This document shows, one piece after another, positions 36,842 through 45,727 of a stretch of 64,000 nt of DNA. Position 1 is the stretch's first letter. Each line of letters starts with the position of its first letter. Where the stretch lies: positions 881 through 64,880 of the forward strand of contig NZ_JAHEHZ010000001.1 of the NCBI RefSeq assembly GCF_024639605.1. The letters are read 5' to 3'. The notes beneath the pieces are model-generated. The model was not told the DNA's origin. It made no database searches and was given only the letters and a program-made list of their open reading frames with translations. The translations under genes were made by a program, and so were the position numbers. This DNA is from Roseobacter sp. GTDB taxonomy: Bacteria; Pseudomonadota; Alphaproteobacteria; Rhodobacterales; Rhodobacteraceae.

Positions 36842-38065
36842 ATGAACGCGCCCGTCGATGCCGTTCTGCATGACGTTCTTGTTCCACGCGCGCTGTTGCG
36901 CGATGAAGCGGGCTTTGGCGGCACGTTTGCCGGCGACTGCCTGCGCGGCGATCTGCTGATCCTGGAAGGCAGGGCCCGCGCGTTGCAGCCCGGCACTCCG
37001 GGAGAGACACCCCGCATTGTGCTGCCGGCCCTCACCGAGGCGCACTGTCATCTGGATAAATGCCACACCATCGCGCGGCTGGGCCCCGTGGGTGGCGATC
37101 TGATGGCGGCCATTGCGGCACAAAGAGAGGACAAAGCAAACTGGAGCGAAGAAGATCTGTCCCGCCGCGCACGCATCGGGCTGACCGAAGCGCAGGCCGC
37201 AGGCTGCACCGTGGTGCGCACACATGTGGACTGGGGCGATACAGCGGAGGCGCCGTTGAACTGGTCGGTTCTGACGGGTCTGGCGCGGGAGACTGCCGGT
37301 CTGACGCTGCAATGCGCGGCGCTGAACGGGATCGACCAGCACGCGGAGGATGATTTCTGTGACCGGGTGGCGCGCTGCGTGGCACGTGACAGTGGTGTTC
37401 TGGGCGCCTTTGTACTCGGCCACGAAAGGCTGCAGGACGGGCTGACTGCGATGATCAGGGCTGCTGACAAATACGGTCTCGCGCTGGATTTCCACGTCGA
37501 TGAGGGACTCAGAGACTACAACGGGCTGGAAACCATCTGTGACGCCCTGATCAGCGCACAGTTCGAAGGCCCGGTGCTCTGTGGACACGCCGTCAGCCTG
37601 ATAGACCGGCATGGTGATGACCTCGCCCGCATTCTCGACAAGCTTGTCCGGGCGCGGATATCGGTCTGCGCGCTGCCCACCACAAACCTCTATTTGCAGG
37701 ACCGGCGGGACGGCACGCCGGACCGGCGCGGGCTGACCCGGCTGCGCGAGCTTGAGAATGCGGGCGTGCCGGTTGTGGTGGGATCAGACAATGTCGCGGA
37801 TGCATTTTGCCCGGTGGGCCGGCATGACCCGATGGCTGCCCTGCACCTCGCCACACTCACCGGACACCTCGATCCGCCGATGGGCCGCTGGCTGCGGTCG
37901 GTGACGGTGGATGCCACCGCGTCCCTTGGCCTCGATCCGGTCTTCGTCGATGGCGCCGCAGCAGATGCCCTGCGCCTGAGTACCGCCCCTGATCTGGCTG
38001 GTCTAGTCGCCGGCCGCGCCCCTCTTTTTAAGCTGACAGATGTATTGCGGGAGACTGTTCAATGA
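36842..38065 (+). CDS. Metal-dependent amidohydrolase, cytosine/pterin deaminase-like
   Basis: EAHCHLDK, VRTHVD, DFHVDE, CGHA, GSDNVAD metal/catalytic motifs. Confidence 0.85.
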   Translation: MNAPVDAVLHDVLVPRALLRDEAGFGGTFAGDCLRGDLLILEGRARALQPGTPGETPRIVLPALTEAHCHLDKCHTIARLGPVGGDLMAAIAAQREDKANWSEEDLSRRARIGLTEAQAAGCTVVRTHVDWGDTAEAPLNWSVLTGLARETAGLTLQCAALNGIDQHAEDDFCDRVARCVARDSGVLGAFVLGHERLQDGLTAMIRAADKYGLALDFHVDEGLRDYNGLETICDALISAQFEGPVLCGHAVSLIDRHGDDLARILDKLVRARISVCALPTTNLYLQDRRDGTPDRRGLTRLRELENAGVPVVVGSDNVADAFCPVGRHDPMAALHLATLTGHLDPPMGRWLRSVTVDATASLGLDPVFVDGAAADALRLSTAPDLAGLVAGRAPLFKLTDVLRETVQ

Positions 38066-39468
38066 CCTCCATTTCCGGGAAAACGGATATTGACTGGGCC
38101 GCCTTTGCAGCCGAACTCACCCCCGTCGAGGTGATCAGCGAGACGGTACTGGTGAAAAAACGCAGCCGGGATTTTTTCTGGTACAGCCCGGTGCTGAATG
38201 CCGAGCTGAAAAAATGCTTTGGCGATCTGGTGGCCCGGCCAAAAACGCCCGGTGAAATGCGCCACTGTCTTGCCGTGGCCTGGAAATACAAAAGCCCCGT
38301 GGTGCTGCGCGGCGGCGGCACAGGCAACTACGGGCAGAGCGTGCCGATGGACGGCGGGCTGATCATCGAAACCACGGCCATGAACCGGATCCTTGAAATC
38401 GGTGACAGTTTTGTGCGGGTCGAGGCCGGGGCGCTCATGGCGGATATAAATGCCGCCCTGATCCCCGAAGGCCGGGAGATGGCGATGTTTCCCTCCACCC
38501 AGGATATCGCGACCGTGGGAGGCTTTGTGGCGGGCGGTTCGGCTGGCATCGGGTCGGTCGCCAATGGCGCGCTGCGCGACCCCGGAAACCTTATCGCTCT
38601 TAAGGCGCAGTCCGTCGAAGAAGTGCCGCAGGAGCACGTGTTCGAAGGCGAAGATGTGCTGCAGATCCACCATGCCTGGGGCCTCAACGGGGTGATCACC
38701 GAAGTAACTCTGCGCACGGTGCCCACGCGCGACTGGGTCGGGTGCCTTGCGACTTTCGGGACCTATGAGGCGGCCTATGCCGCAGGCTGTCAGCTTGCAA
38801 AATCCCCCGACATCGCGCGCAAGCTGGTTACGACGGTCGATGCGCGCATATGCTCCTATTTCCCCCGGCTCGAAGGTCATATCCGCCCGGAACATCACCT
38901 GCTGGTCTCGTTGCTGCCGTCCGAAGATATCGACAGGTTCCGGACCCTGATCGAGGCGGCCGGTGGTCATGTTGATCTGACGCTGACAGAGAGCGAACGC
39001 AAGGCTGCAAAACTGCCGCATGTCTTTGATTTCTCCTACAACCACACCACGCTGCAGGTGCTCAAAGCGGATCGCAGTGCCACCTATCAGCAGGTCGGTT
39101 GCCCCGTTCCGCCCGATCCGGCCGCCATTGCAGACCTGCGCCCGAAGCTCGGCGAAGACGTGTGGATGCACCATGAGTTTGCGCGTGTGGGCGGCGAGAT
39201 CGTGACCTTTGATTTGCCGATCATCTGGTACACGACGCCGGAACGACTGGCCGAAATCAATGCGACCTATGAGGAAAACGGCTTTCCCGTCTATGACGCG
39301 CATACCTGGCGGGTCGAAGGCGGTGGGCTGAAGAACGCAGATTACCGGCATCTCGCCGTCAAAAAACGCATGGACCCGGACGGGCTGCTCAATGCCGCGA
39401 AGTCCGCCGTCTGGGAGAGCGTTAAAGATCTTTCTCCGGAAGAAATTGCAGCAAAAGGAGCGCAGTGA
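38062..39468 (+). CDS. FAD-binding oxidoreductase (VAO/PCMH, FAD_binding_4)
   Basis: LRGGGTGNYGQ, ATVGGFVAGGSAGIG, HAWGLNGVIT, C-terminal DPDGLLN. Confidence 0.88.
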   Translation: MTSISGKTDIDWAAFAAELTPVEVISETVLVKKRSRDFFWYSPVLNAELKKCFGDLVARPKTPGEMRHCLAVAWKYKSPVVLRGGGTGNYGQSVPMDGGLIIETTAMNRILEIGDSFVRVEAGALMADINAALIPEGREMAMFPSTQDIATVGGFVAGGSAGIGSVANGALRDPGNLIALKAQSVEEVPQEHVFEGEDVLQIHHAWGLNGVITEVTLRTVPTRDWVGCLATFGTYEAAYAAGCQLAKSPDIARKLVTTVDARICSYFPRLEGHIRPEHHLLVSLLPSEDIDRFRTLIEAAGGHVDLTLTESERKAAKLPHVFDFSYNHTTLQVLKADRSATYQQVGCPVPPDPAAIADLRPKLGEDVWMHHEFARVGGEIVTFDLPIIWYTTPERLAEINATYEENGFPVYDAHTWRVEGGGLKNADYRHLAVKKRMDPDGLLNAAKSAVWESVKDLSPEEIAAKGAQ

Positions 39469-40379
39469 TGCAACTCAGAACCACACCGCTCGCAGAACGC
39501 TTCGGCGTGATCGTCGAGGATTTCGACCTCAGTTCGACAGACGCGGCGGGTTACGCTGCGATCCGGGCAGCATTCGAAGAGCATTCGGTGCTGCTCTTTC
39601 GCGGCCAGAGTATCGATGATGACGCGCACCTGAGGCTTGCGCGCATGTTCGGGCCCGTGGAAGACCGCCTCGCGGATGAGCGCAAAAAGGGCGAAGCTTA
39701 CAAGGTGCCTGAGGTGTCCAACATTCAGGACGACGGCAGCGTAACCTCCGAAAGCGATCTGCACACGCTGAACCTGAAGTCCAATATGCTCTGGCACTGC
39801 GACAGCACCTTTCTGCCGGTGCCGGCGCTGACCAATATCCTGATCGGACGCGTCGTAACGGAAACCGGGGGCGAAACCCAGCTAGCCTCTGCCCGCGCAG
39901 GTTGGGCGGATATGCCCGAAAAACTGCGGGCAAAGATTCGCGACAAGGGGCTCTGGCACCGATATGCGCACTCGCGTGCAAAAATTTCGCCTGAACTCGC
40001 AAAATTACCGATGTTTCACAAATGGCCCGATCAACTCTGGCGGGCAGTGTGGACCAACCCCGTGAACGGGCGGGAGGCGCTTTACATAGCCAGCCACGCA
40101 TTCAGAGTGGAGGGAATGGATCAAGGTCCGGGAGCGACACTGATAGATGAGTTAGCGTCATTTGTGACCCGTCCGGCCTATGTTTACAGTCATAAATGGC
40201 GGGTCGGCGATGTTCTGATCTGGGACCAGCGTGCCGTGCTTCACCGTGCCACACCCTGGGATTACGCCCTGCCGCGCAGGCTCTCAAGCCTTTGTGTCTC
40301 CGCCGGTCCCCAAGATGGGCTTGACGCGATGCGCCTCACTGTTGAAGATCACCCCGTCCCCCGATCAGGGGTGTCTTAA
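39465..40379 (+). CDS. TauD/TfdA-family Fe(II)/2-oxoglutarate dioxygenase
   Basis: LWHCDSTF (HxD), [18 protein letters not shown] distal His. Confidence 0.9.
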   Translation: MMQLRTTPLAERFGVIVEDFDLSSTDAAGYAAIRAAFEEHSVLLFRGQSIDDDAHLRLARMFGPVEDRLADERKKGEAYKVPEVSNIQDDGSVTSESDLHTLNLKSNMLWHCDSTFLPVPALTNILIGRVVTETGGETQLASARAGWADMPEKLRAKIRDKGLWHRYAHSRAKISPELAKLPMFHKWPDQLWRAVWTNPVNGREALYIASHAFRVEGMDQGPGATLIDELASFVTRPAYVYSHKWRVGDVLIWDQRAVLHRATPWDYALPRRLSSLCVSAGPQDGLDAMRLTVEDHPVPRSGVS

Positions 40380-40459
40380 AAGCAGATAAACTGCATCACC
40401 AGACCGGGAAATATCCGGCATGCGTACGGTCAGAACCGTACACAACAGAGAGGAAGAAA

Positions 40460-42118
40460 ATGACATTTTTAACCCGCACCGGCAAACCGCTGCCGCAGTC
40501 CATCCTGGACGGCGCCGCGAAGTCCGGCACAGATGCTGTCAGCCGCCGCGAATTCCTGGCACTGGCCAGTGCATTCGGCGCCACAGCCGCGACTGCATAT
40601 TCGATGCTGGGCATGGCACGCCCCGCGCAGGCCGCAGGCCACAAAATGGGTGGCACCGTCCGTATCCAGCAGGAAGTCCGCGCTCTGAAAGATCCGCGCA
40701 CGTATGACTGGAGCCAGATTGCCAACTTCAGCCGCGGCTGGCTGGAGTATCTCGTGCACTATGAGAACGACGGTACCTTCACGCCCAAGCTGCTTGAAAG
40801 CTGGGAAATCAATGACGATGCGACGGTCTATACGCTTAACGTCCGTCAGGGCGTCAAGTGGAACGACGGCAGCGATTTCACCGCAGAAGATGTTGCACGC
40901 AACATCACCGGCTGGTGTGACAAGAGCCTGGAAGGCAACTCGATGGCCGGTCGTTTCGCGACGCTGATCGACCCGGAAACCGAAAAAGCACTGGACGGGG
41001 CGATCGAAGTCGTCGACAGCCACACCGTGCGCCTGAACCTGCCCGCAGCCGACATCTCGCTCATCCCCGGGATGGCAGATTATCCGGCGGCGATCGTACC
41101 GGCGTCCTATACGGCTGACACAGCGCTGTCCAACCCGGTCGGCACAGGCCCTTATCTGCCTGAGATGCTGGAAGTTGGCGTCAAAGCCGTTCTCGTGCGC
41201 AACGAAGACCACACGTGGTGGAACGAAGGCAACGGCGCTTATATGGACCGCGTCGAGTTCATCGACTATGGCACCGACCCTTCTGCTTTTGTGGCGGGTG
41301 CTGAAGCCGAAGAGATCGACATGACATATTCGATCGAAGGTGACTTCATCGACATCTTCGACACGCTCGACGGCTGGCAGCAGAACTCGGTCGTCACCGG
41401 TTCCACAATCGTAATCCGGCCCAACCAGCTGGCCGAAGTTGACGGCATGAAGCCCTATGAGGACAAACGCGTCCGGCAGGCGCTTGCCATGGCAGTGGAC
41501 AACGCGGTTCTGCTTGAGCTGGGCTATGCCGGTCGCGGCGAAGTGGCTCATAACCACCACGTCGGTCCGATGCACCCTGAATATGCCGATATACCGGCAC
41601 CCAAGTTCGATCCGGCAGCCGCCAAGGCGCTGATGGACGAAGCGGGCTTGGGTGATTTCGAGCATGAGCTCTTTTCTATTGATGACGCATGGCGCAAGGA
41701 CACCACCGACGCGGTGGCAGCCCAGCTGCGCGACGCGGGCATTAAGGTCAAGCGGACGATCCTGCCCGGCTCCACGTTCTGGAACGACTGGACGAAATAT
41801 TCCTTCTCCTCCACGAACTGGAACCACCGCCCGCTGGGCGTTCAGATCTGGGCTCTGGCCTATCGCTCCGGCGAAGCCTGGAACGAGTTTGGCTGGTCGA
41901 ATGAAGAGTTCGACGGGATCCTCACTCAGGCACTGGCGACACCGGACGTGGAAAAACGCCGCGAGCTGATGAAGCAGGGCGAGATGATTATTCAGGAAGA
42001 GGGCGTAACAATCCAGCCTTACTGGCGGTCGCTTTATAACCACACCAAAGAGGGTCTGGTCGGTGGCGATCATCACATCTCGTTTGAGATCCGTCCCGAG
42101 CAGATCGCCTGGACGTGA
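40460..42118 (+). CDS. ABC transporter substrate-binding protein, family 5, Tat signal
   Basis: SRREFLALA twin-arginine motif, [25 protein letters not shown]-like, PVGTGPY. Confidence 0.9.
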   Translation: MTFLTRTGKPLPQSILDGAAKSGTDAVSRREFLALASAFGATAATAYSMLGMARPAQAAGHKMGGTVRIQQEVRALKDPRTYDWSQIANFSRGWLEYLVHYENDGTFTPKLLESWEINDDATVYTLNVRQGVKWNDGSDFTAEDVARNITGWCDKSLEGNSMAGRFATLIDPETEKALDGAIEVVDSHTVRLNLPAADISLIPGMADYPAAIVPASYTADTALSNPVGTGPYLPEMLEVGVKAVLVRNEDHTWWNEGNGAYMDRVEFIDYGTDPSAFVAGAEAEEIDMTYSIEGDFIDIFDTLDGWQQNSVVTGSTIVIRPNQLAEVDGMKPYEDKRVRQALAMAVDNAVLLELGYAGRGEVAHNHHVGPMHPEYADIPAPKFDPAAAKALMDEAGLGDFEHELFSIDDAWRKDTTDAVAAQLRDAGIKVKRTILPGSTFWNDWTKYSFSSTNWNHRPLGVQIWALAYRSGEAWNEFGWSNEEFDGILTQALATPDVEKRRELMKQGEMIIQEEGVTIQPYWRSLYNHTKEGLVGGDHHISFEIRPEQIAWT

Positions 42119-42135
42119 TCTGACGCCATACTGCG

Positions 42136-42165
42136 AAGGGCCGTGCATTGCGCGGCCCTTTTTTT
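42136..42165 (+). terminator. Rho-independent terminator
   Basis: AAGGGCCGTGC..GCGCGGCCCTT followed by a T-tract. Confidence 0.85.
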
Positions 42166-42200
42166 GTCACGCAGACGCTTTGCCATGAAAGGACCCGGAA

Positions 42201-42689
42201 ATGGACGTCACAATCTTACTCGCTCAACTCGTTGCGACCGGGGCCATTGCGGCCTGGCTTTCGACCGGGCTGCGCGACAACCTTCTGCATCCGGCGCTGA
42301 ATGAGACCTATACAGCGGAAGTGTTCAGCATGGCCCGCATGCAAAGCGAATACCCCGAAGCCTTTGACATGGTCGCGCATCGCGCCATTACAAAACGCAG
42401 AACACAAAAGATTGCCTTCCGCGCGGTGGTCGCGGTCGAAGCGCTGGCCTGTATCCTGCTATGGGTCGGCGTTGTGGCGTTGCTCATGGCGATTGCGGGG
42501 ACGGCCGGGGCTGAAACGGCGCGCGTTCTGGCCCTGCTCGGGGCCACGGCGTTTACCGCCGTCTGGGCCGGGTTTCTTGTGGTCGGCAACTACTTTTACT
42601 ACTGGTTCTGCCACGAGGGTGCGCAGAATACGCACTATCAGATGACGCTCTGGGGCCTCGGCACCATGATCCTGATCAGTCTGCCGTGA
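42201..42689 (+). CDS. Membrane protein, DUF2165-like
   Basis: 4 TM helices; DN...N...V..M and F.VVG.YF..W pattern. Confidence 0.65.
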   Translation: MDVTILLAQLVATGAIAAWLSTGLRDNLLHPALNETYTAEVFSMARMQSEYPEAFDMVAHRAITKRRTQKIAFRAVVAVEALACILLWVGVVALLMAIAGTAGAETARVLALLGATAFTAVWAGFLVVGNYFYYWFCHEGAQNTHYQMTLWGLGTMILISLP

Positions 42690-43308
42690 ACCGGCCACCG
42701 CCCGCCGCCACCGCCGCGATCAGCGGTGCCGGCACCTGCCCGGTCTGCACGGAAATCTGAGCGCAAAGTGCCCGGGCACCGGTTTCATCTGCAAGCTCAA
42801 AAAGGCGCGGCATGCCCGCAGAACTGCAGGCATCATCAATGTCTGTGATCCGGCATCTCTCCTGCGTCACGATCCGGGCGGCTGCATTTGTCAGCCCCGC
42901 AATCAGGTAAGACGCCAGCGCCCCCGCAGCCGGATCGACGCGCGTAATGCCGGCAAAACGCGCTTCTTCGCGCAACAGGTCTTCGACGAGCGGGTCAATG
43001 ACCAGACCCCCGCCGCCCGGGTAGCGGTACCAGCCAACTGCGACGCTGCGCCCCAGGCGCCCCTCAGCAACCATACGCACAAGCACCGGATTGGTCTGCT
43101 GCACCGGCGTGACCGCATTGCGGCTGGCGCGGGCGAGTTCCGGTTCCAGACCGTCGTTATCCCAGGCCTCGCAGACGCCGGTGGCAAAGCCCGCGTCCAG
43201 CATTGCTTCATCCAGTTCCCAGGGGTTGGCAAAGGTCAGCAGAAGGTGCTGAGCAAGCTCGCGCAGGGCGGCGGTCAGCGCATCTGCCAGATCAGGTGCC
43301 GGATTCAT
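42676..43308 (-). CDS. 3-hydroxyacyl-CoA dehydrogenase C-terminal-domain-only protein
   Basis: MVAEGRLGRSVAVGWYRY (cf. GxLGxKxGxGFY) and a second ID.A...G.P repeat; no GxGxxG NAD-binding domain. Confidence 0.75.
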   Translation of the reverse strand: MNPAPDLADALTAALRELAQHLLLTFANPWELDEAMLDAGFATGVCEAWDNDGLEPELARASRNAVTPVQQTNPVLVRMVAEGRLGRSVAVGWYRYPGGGGLVIDPLVEDLLREEARFAGITRVDPAAGALASYLIAGLTNAAARIVTQERCRITDIDDACSSAGMPRLFELADETGARALCAQISVQTGQVPAPLIAAVAAGGGRFTAD

Positions 43309-44195
43309 GCACCGTGCACTTCCAGAAACCGTTTAGAGGCAATAACTGCCAGCAGATCGTTCAGCGAGGACGACACCGTCCGGTTAGACGTGTTCACCTG
43401 CGCGCCGGCTTTTTCATAGGCCGGCGTGCGTGCTTCCAGCAGCCCGCGCAGCTGTTGCATGGCTGCCGGATTGCCCTCCATGGGGCGCAGATCACCCTGT
43501 TCGCGGACCCGTTGCATATGTTCTGCCGGCGATGTTCTGATCCAGATTGTATGAAACCGCTCGATCAGCCGGGCATAGGTCTGCTCTCCCGCGACGATGC
43601 CTCCTGCGACGGCAAGGATCATGCGGTCATGGCGTTCAATGACGCGGGCCAGTGCCTCGGCCTCAAGGGAGCGATATCCGTCCTCACCATAGAGGGCCAT
43701 CACCTCGGACAGCGGCATGCCCGTCTGCGTCTCGATCTCTGAGTTCAGCTCGACAAACGGCAGGCCCAGGGTCTCGCCGGCAAGTTTACCAAGGGTGGAT
43801 TTTCCCGCGCCTCTGAGCCCTGTCAGGCAGATACGGTTTGCCCGCAGGGCTGCAGGGTTTTGAACGGCCAGAACGCGGCGCACCTCGTCCTGTACCGAGG
43901 CAGGGGCCTGGCGGTAGAGAGTCACCACCCGTTGCAGGTCGCTGTCCCAGGCCGCAGTTTCCGACATCAGCGCTTCGATACGCAGATCAAGTGCTGTGGC
44001 GATGCGTTGCAGCAAAGCGATCGAGATATTGCCTTCGCCGGCCTCAAGCTGGGCAAGATACCGCGGCGAAACACCGGACAGCTCAGACAGTTCGCGACGC
44101 GGCATGCCTTTTGACTTGCGCGCTTCGCGCACACGGGCCGCAACGCGGGCGATCAGCAAAGCAGCCGTATCAGCTACAGCGGGACTGTCTTTCAT
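43305..44195 (-). CDS. boxR: BzdR/BoxR-type regulator (XRE HTH plus shikimate-kinase-like domain)
   Basis: LSELSGVSPRYLAQLEAGEGNISI HTH; ICLTGLRGAGKSTLG P-loop. Confidence 0.92.
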   Translation of the reverse strand: MKDSPAVADTAALLIARVAARVREARKSKGMPRRELSELSGVSPRYLAQLEAGEGNISIALLQRIATALDLRIEALMSETAAWDSDLQRVVTLYRQAPASVQDEVRRVLAVQNPAALRANRICLTGLRGAGKSTLGKLAGETLGLPFVELNSEIETQTGMPLSEVMALYGEDGYRSLEAEALARVIERHDRMILAVAGGIVAGEQTYARLIERFHTIWIRTSPAEHMQRVREQGDLRPMEGNPAAMQQLRGLLEARTPAYEKAGAQVNTSNRTVSSSLNDLLAVIASKRFLEVHGA

Positions 44196-44302
44196 CGCAA
44201 CTCCGGCGCTGAGAGGTAGAATAACGCATATTTAAGCTTCAGGGTCGGGCTTACAACGGGCGCGCCTTCACATTGCGCAATATGTCGCATATTTTTTCAA
44301 TC

Positions 44303-45499
44303 TCAGTAGGTCTCGACATGGTACTGGCCGGCCTCGCGCAGGCTGTCGCGCAGGTTCGGCCATGACAGGCCCAGACCCGCCGCAATATCGCTGAGTGCAT
44401 CATCCACCCCGACTTCCATTGCGCGCAACCCGCAGACGTAGATGTGCAGTTTGTCGCGCGTCAGCAGGTCCGCAATGTGACCCGACTGTTCGCGCAGCTT
44501 ATCCTGCACATACTGCTTGGGGCTGCCGTCTTCGCGGCTGAAGGCGAACTCTTTGCGCAGGAAGCTGTCAGGTACTTTCTTGAGCGGTCCGAAGTAAGGC
44601 AGGTCGCGCGGGCTGCGCGCACCGAAAACCAGCGTCATGCTGTCGCTTGCCGAAGGCGTCTCGCGCTGGCGTCGCATGGTGAATCCGCGGAAAGGTGCCG
44701 ACCCGGTGCCGGTACAGATCATCAGCAGATGCGCCTCCGGATCAGAGGGCATCAGAAAGGTCGACCCGAAAGGCCCGGTCAGTTGCACCTCGTCGCCCCT
44801 GCCCAGGTCGCAGACGTAGCCGGAGCAGACGCCGCCCTCTTCGCGTTTCACCGTCAGGGAGATATTGTTGAACCCCGGTCGCTCCCCGTCGCGCGGGCTT
44901 GAGACCGAATAGAGCCTTGGCAGGTGCGGTCTGCCCTCCGCATCCGTACCAGGCGGAATAACCCCCACACTCTGGCCTTCCAGCACCGGAAAGGGCAGCC
45001 CTGCCAGATCCAGAATGATGTGGCGAACGTCTCCCTCGCTGCCGGCATCTGTCAGCCGGTAGTTGCCCTGCACAACAGCCCGCGCAGGTTTACCGGTGTT
45101 ATAGAGGTTAATGGTGGGCTTTGTTGCTGAAGCGGGCGCGCGCGATTTGCCGCCTGCCCCTTTGTGCGCATCCGCGAGCAGAGCGGCAATGGCCTCGTCA
45201 TGTGCTTCGTTGCCGTCGCTGTCCGGATGCGCGTCAAGGCTGATGTCTTCCTGATCGGGGAGCTCTTCAAAGCCGTATTGCTCATCAAGGGTATAAGGTG
45301 TGTCGACGACGCGCCATTCATCAATTGATCCGGTCGGGCAGACCGGGATGCAGTCCATACAGAAGTTGCATTTATCGGGATCGACAACGACATTGTTGTC
45401 ATCATGCTCGATCGCGCCGATCGGGCAGGTCATCTCGCAGGTGTAACAGCGGATGCAGATTTCAGGGTCGATAAGGTGTTGCTTTACGGGTTGGTTCAT
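44303..45499 (-). CDS. boxA: Benzoyl-CoA 2,3-epoxidase reductase subunit
   Basis: KQHLIDPEICIRCYTCEMTCP and CNFCMDCIPVCP ferredoxin motifs; PRLYSVSSPRDG, MICTGTGSAPF, YVCG, VETY FNR motifs. Confidence 0.95.
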   Translation of the reverse strand: MNQPVKQHLIDPEICIRCYTCEMTCPIGAIEHDDNNVVVDPDKCNFCMDCIPVCPTGSIDEWRVVDTPYTLDEQYGFEELPDQEDISLDAHPDSDGNEAHDEAIAALLADAHKGAGGKSRAPASATKPTINLYNTGKPARAVVQGNYRLTDAGSEGDVRHIILDLAGLPFPVLEGQSVGVIPPGTDAEGRPHLPRLYSVSSPRDGERPGFNNISLTVKREEGGVCSGYVCDLGRGDEVQLTGPFGSTFLMPSDPEAHLLMICTGTGSAPFRGFTMRRQRETPSASDSMTLVFGARSPRDLPYFGPLKKVPDSFLRKEFAFSREDGSPKQYVQDKLREQSGHIADLLTRDKLHIYVCGLRAMEVGVDDALSDIAAGLGLSWPNLRDSLREAGQYHVETY

Positions 45500-45633
45500 C
45501 CGGCTCCGACGGACCGGTGCAACACAGTATCGGGAACGAATATCATATCGAGAAGCGCGGAACACATGCCTTTGCAGTCTTTGCAACCGATGCAAATCGC
45601 GCTGGATTTTGTGCCTGAATTCTGTGTCTGCAT
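45496..45633 (-). CDS. 45-aa Cys-motif small protein MQTQNSGTKSSAICIGCKDCKGMCSALLDMIFVPDTVLHRSVGAG
   Basis: Hand-translated; AAGGAG RBS at 45643-45648; CxxCxxCxxxC; TGA overlaps the boxA ATG (ATGA). Confidence 0.8.
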   Translation of the reverse strand: MQTQNSGTKSSAICIGCKDCKGMCSALLDMIFVPDTVLHRSVGAG

Positions 45634-45727
45634 GGGTCCGGTCTCCTTCTTAAGGGTCAAGGTCACGGGGGTGAGGCGTGACGCAGGCCAGTATCTTAGA
45701 GGCCCGCGCCGGGTTCTTTGATCTGGA

